From an uncultured bacterium (GTDB lineage: Bacteria > Auribacterota > Erginobacteria > Erginobacterales > Erginobacteraceae), in assembly GCA_963822585.1 (NCBI GenBank), contig CAWGIE010000026.1:1-64000 (forward strand): a stretch of 64,000 nt of DNA. The letters run 5' to 3'. The notes beneath the pieces were generated by a model. That model saw only the letters and a list, made by a program, of their open reading frames with translations. It was not told the DNA's origin and ran no database searches. A program made the position numbers and the translations under genes. Of this stretch, positions 63,569 through 64,000 are shown piece by piece (position 1 is the first letter of the stretch; every line of letters begins with the position of its first letter).

Positions 63569-64000
63569 TTGATCAGTTGCCGGTATCCCCTCTTCTTTCG
63601 TATCCGTTTCACCCTTCCCCGCGAATAATGATCTGGTGAATTTCCCGGTCCAGAAGAGGCCCAGAACCGCCGGGAAGAGATACTCGACCAGGGAAAAGAT
63701 CAAGGCCGCCCCCAGGACGGCGCCGGCGGAAAGGCGGGTGAAGGACGGTATCAGTTCGACCAAACTGCCCTCCCGGAGACCGATCCCCAGAAAGGTGACC
63801 GGAATGGTGGAGATAAGGATGGAGAAGGGGAGGATAACGACATAGACTACCGGCGTCATGATGAGCCCAAAAGAGCGGCTGATCAGGAAGAAGGTGAGGA
63901 GCTTCCCGCTCTGGATGACCAGCGAGTAAAAGAGGATCCCCCCCAGCTGCCCCCCGGTAAAGAAGCGGTGGATTGTGAAGAAAGTCTCCAATCCTCCCCG
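63566..64000 (-). CDS. Lysylphosphatidylglycerol synthase TM/flippase-like (UPF0104) membrane protein, 5'-truncated
   Basis: P......IPVT..GIGLREG motif, multi-TM; frame is open to the window edge. Confidence 0.8.
   Translation of the reverse strand, partial: RGGLETFFTIHRFFTGGQLGGILFYSLVIQSGKLLTFFLISRSFGLIMTPVVYVVILPFSILISTIPVTFLGIGLREGSLVELIPSFTRLSAGAVLGAALIFSLVEYLFPAVLGLFWTGKFTRSLFAGKGETDTKEEGIPATDQ

Overview
GC-rich bacterial window, plausibly a PVC-group candidate phylum (inferred from the recurring GDYNGDG-repeat C-terminal domain; not verified). It is largely one cell-surface super-locus. (i) Type IV pilus/T2SS-like genes: a sigma54 activator, pilC, a major pilin with a sigma54 promoter, two PilT-family ATPases, an orphan ParA, a PilM-PilN fusion, PilO, a PilP-like protein, a secretin and a distal minor-pilin operon. 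No PilB is in the window. (ii) Eleven GT-C-fold membrane glycosyltransferases, including five TMTC-like TPR proteins and one that looks DPY19 (Trp C-mannosyltransferase)-like, plus two Thr-nucleophile sulfatase-fold proteins, an MBOAT/SGNH pair and an ABC transporter. (iii) Three large secreted proteins sharing one C-terminal repeat domain, two with Pro/Thr linkers. Overlaid is a very dense set of small palindromic elements: hairpins built from inverted arrays of 7-9-nt units (several unrelated families, one enclosing a four-helix-bundle gene), REP/REPIN-like elements, a 16-copy 32-bp hairpin array, a MITE-like insert and a RAYT transposase. Many of these sit in frame inside genes or supply stop codons. 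Family calls come from motif recognition by eye; no searches were run.
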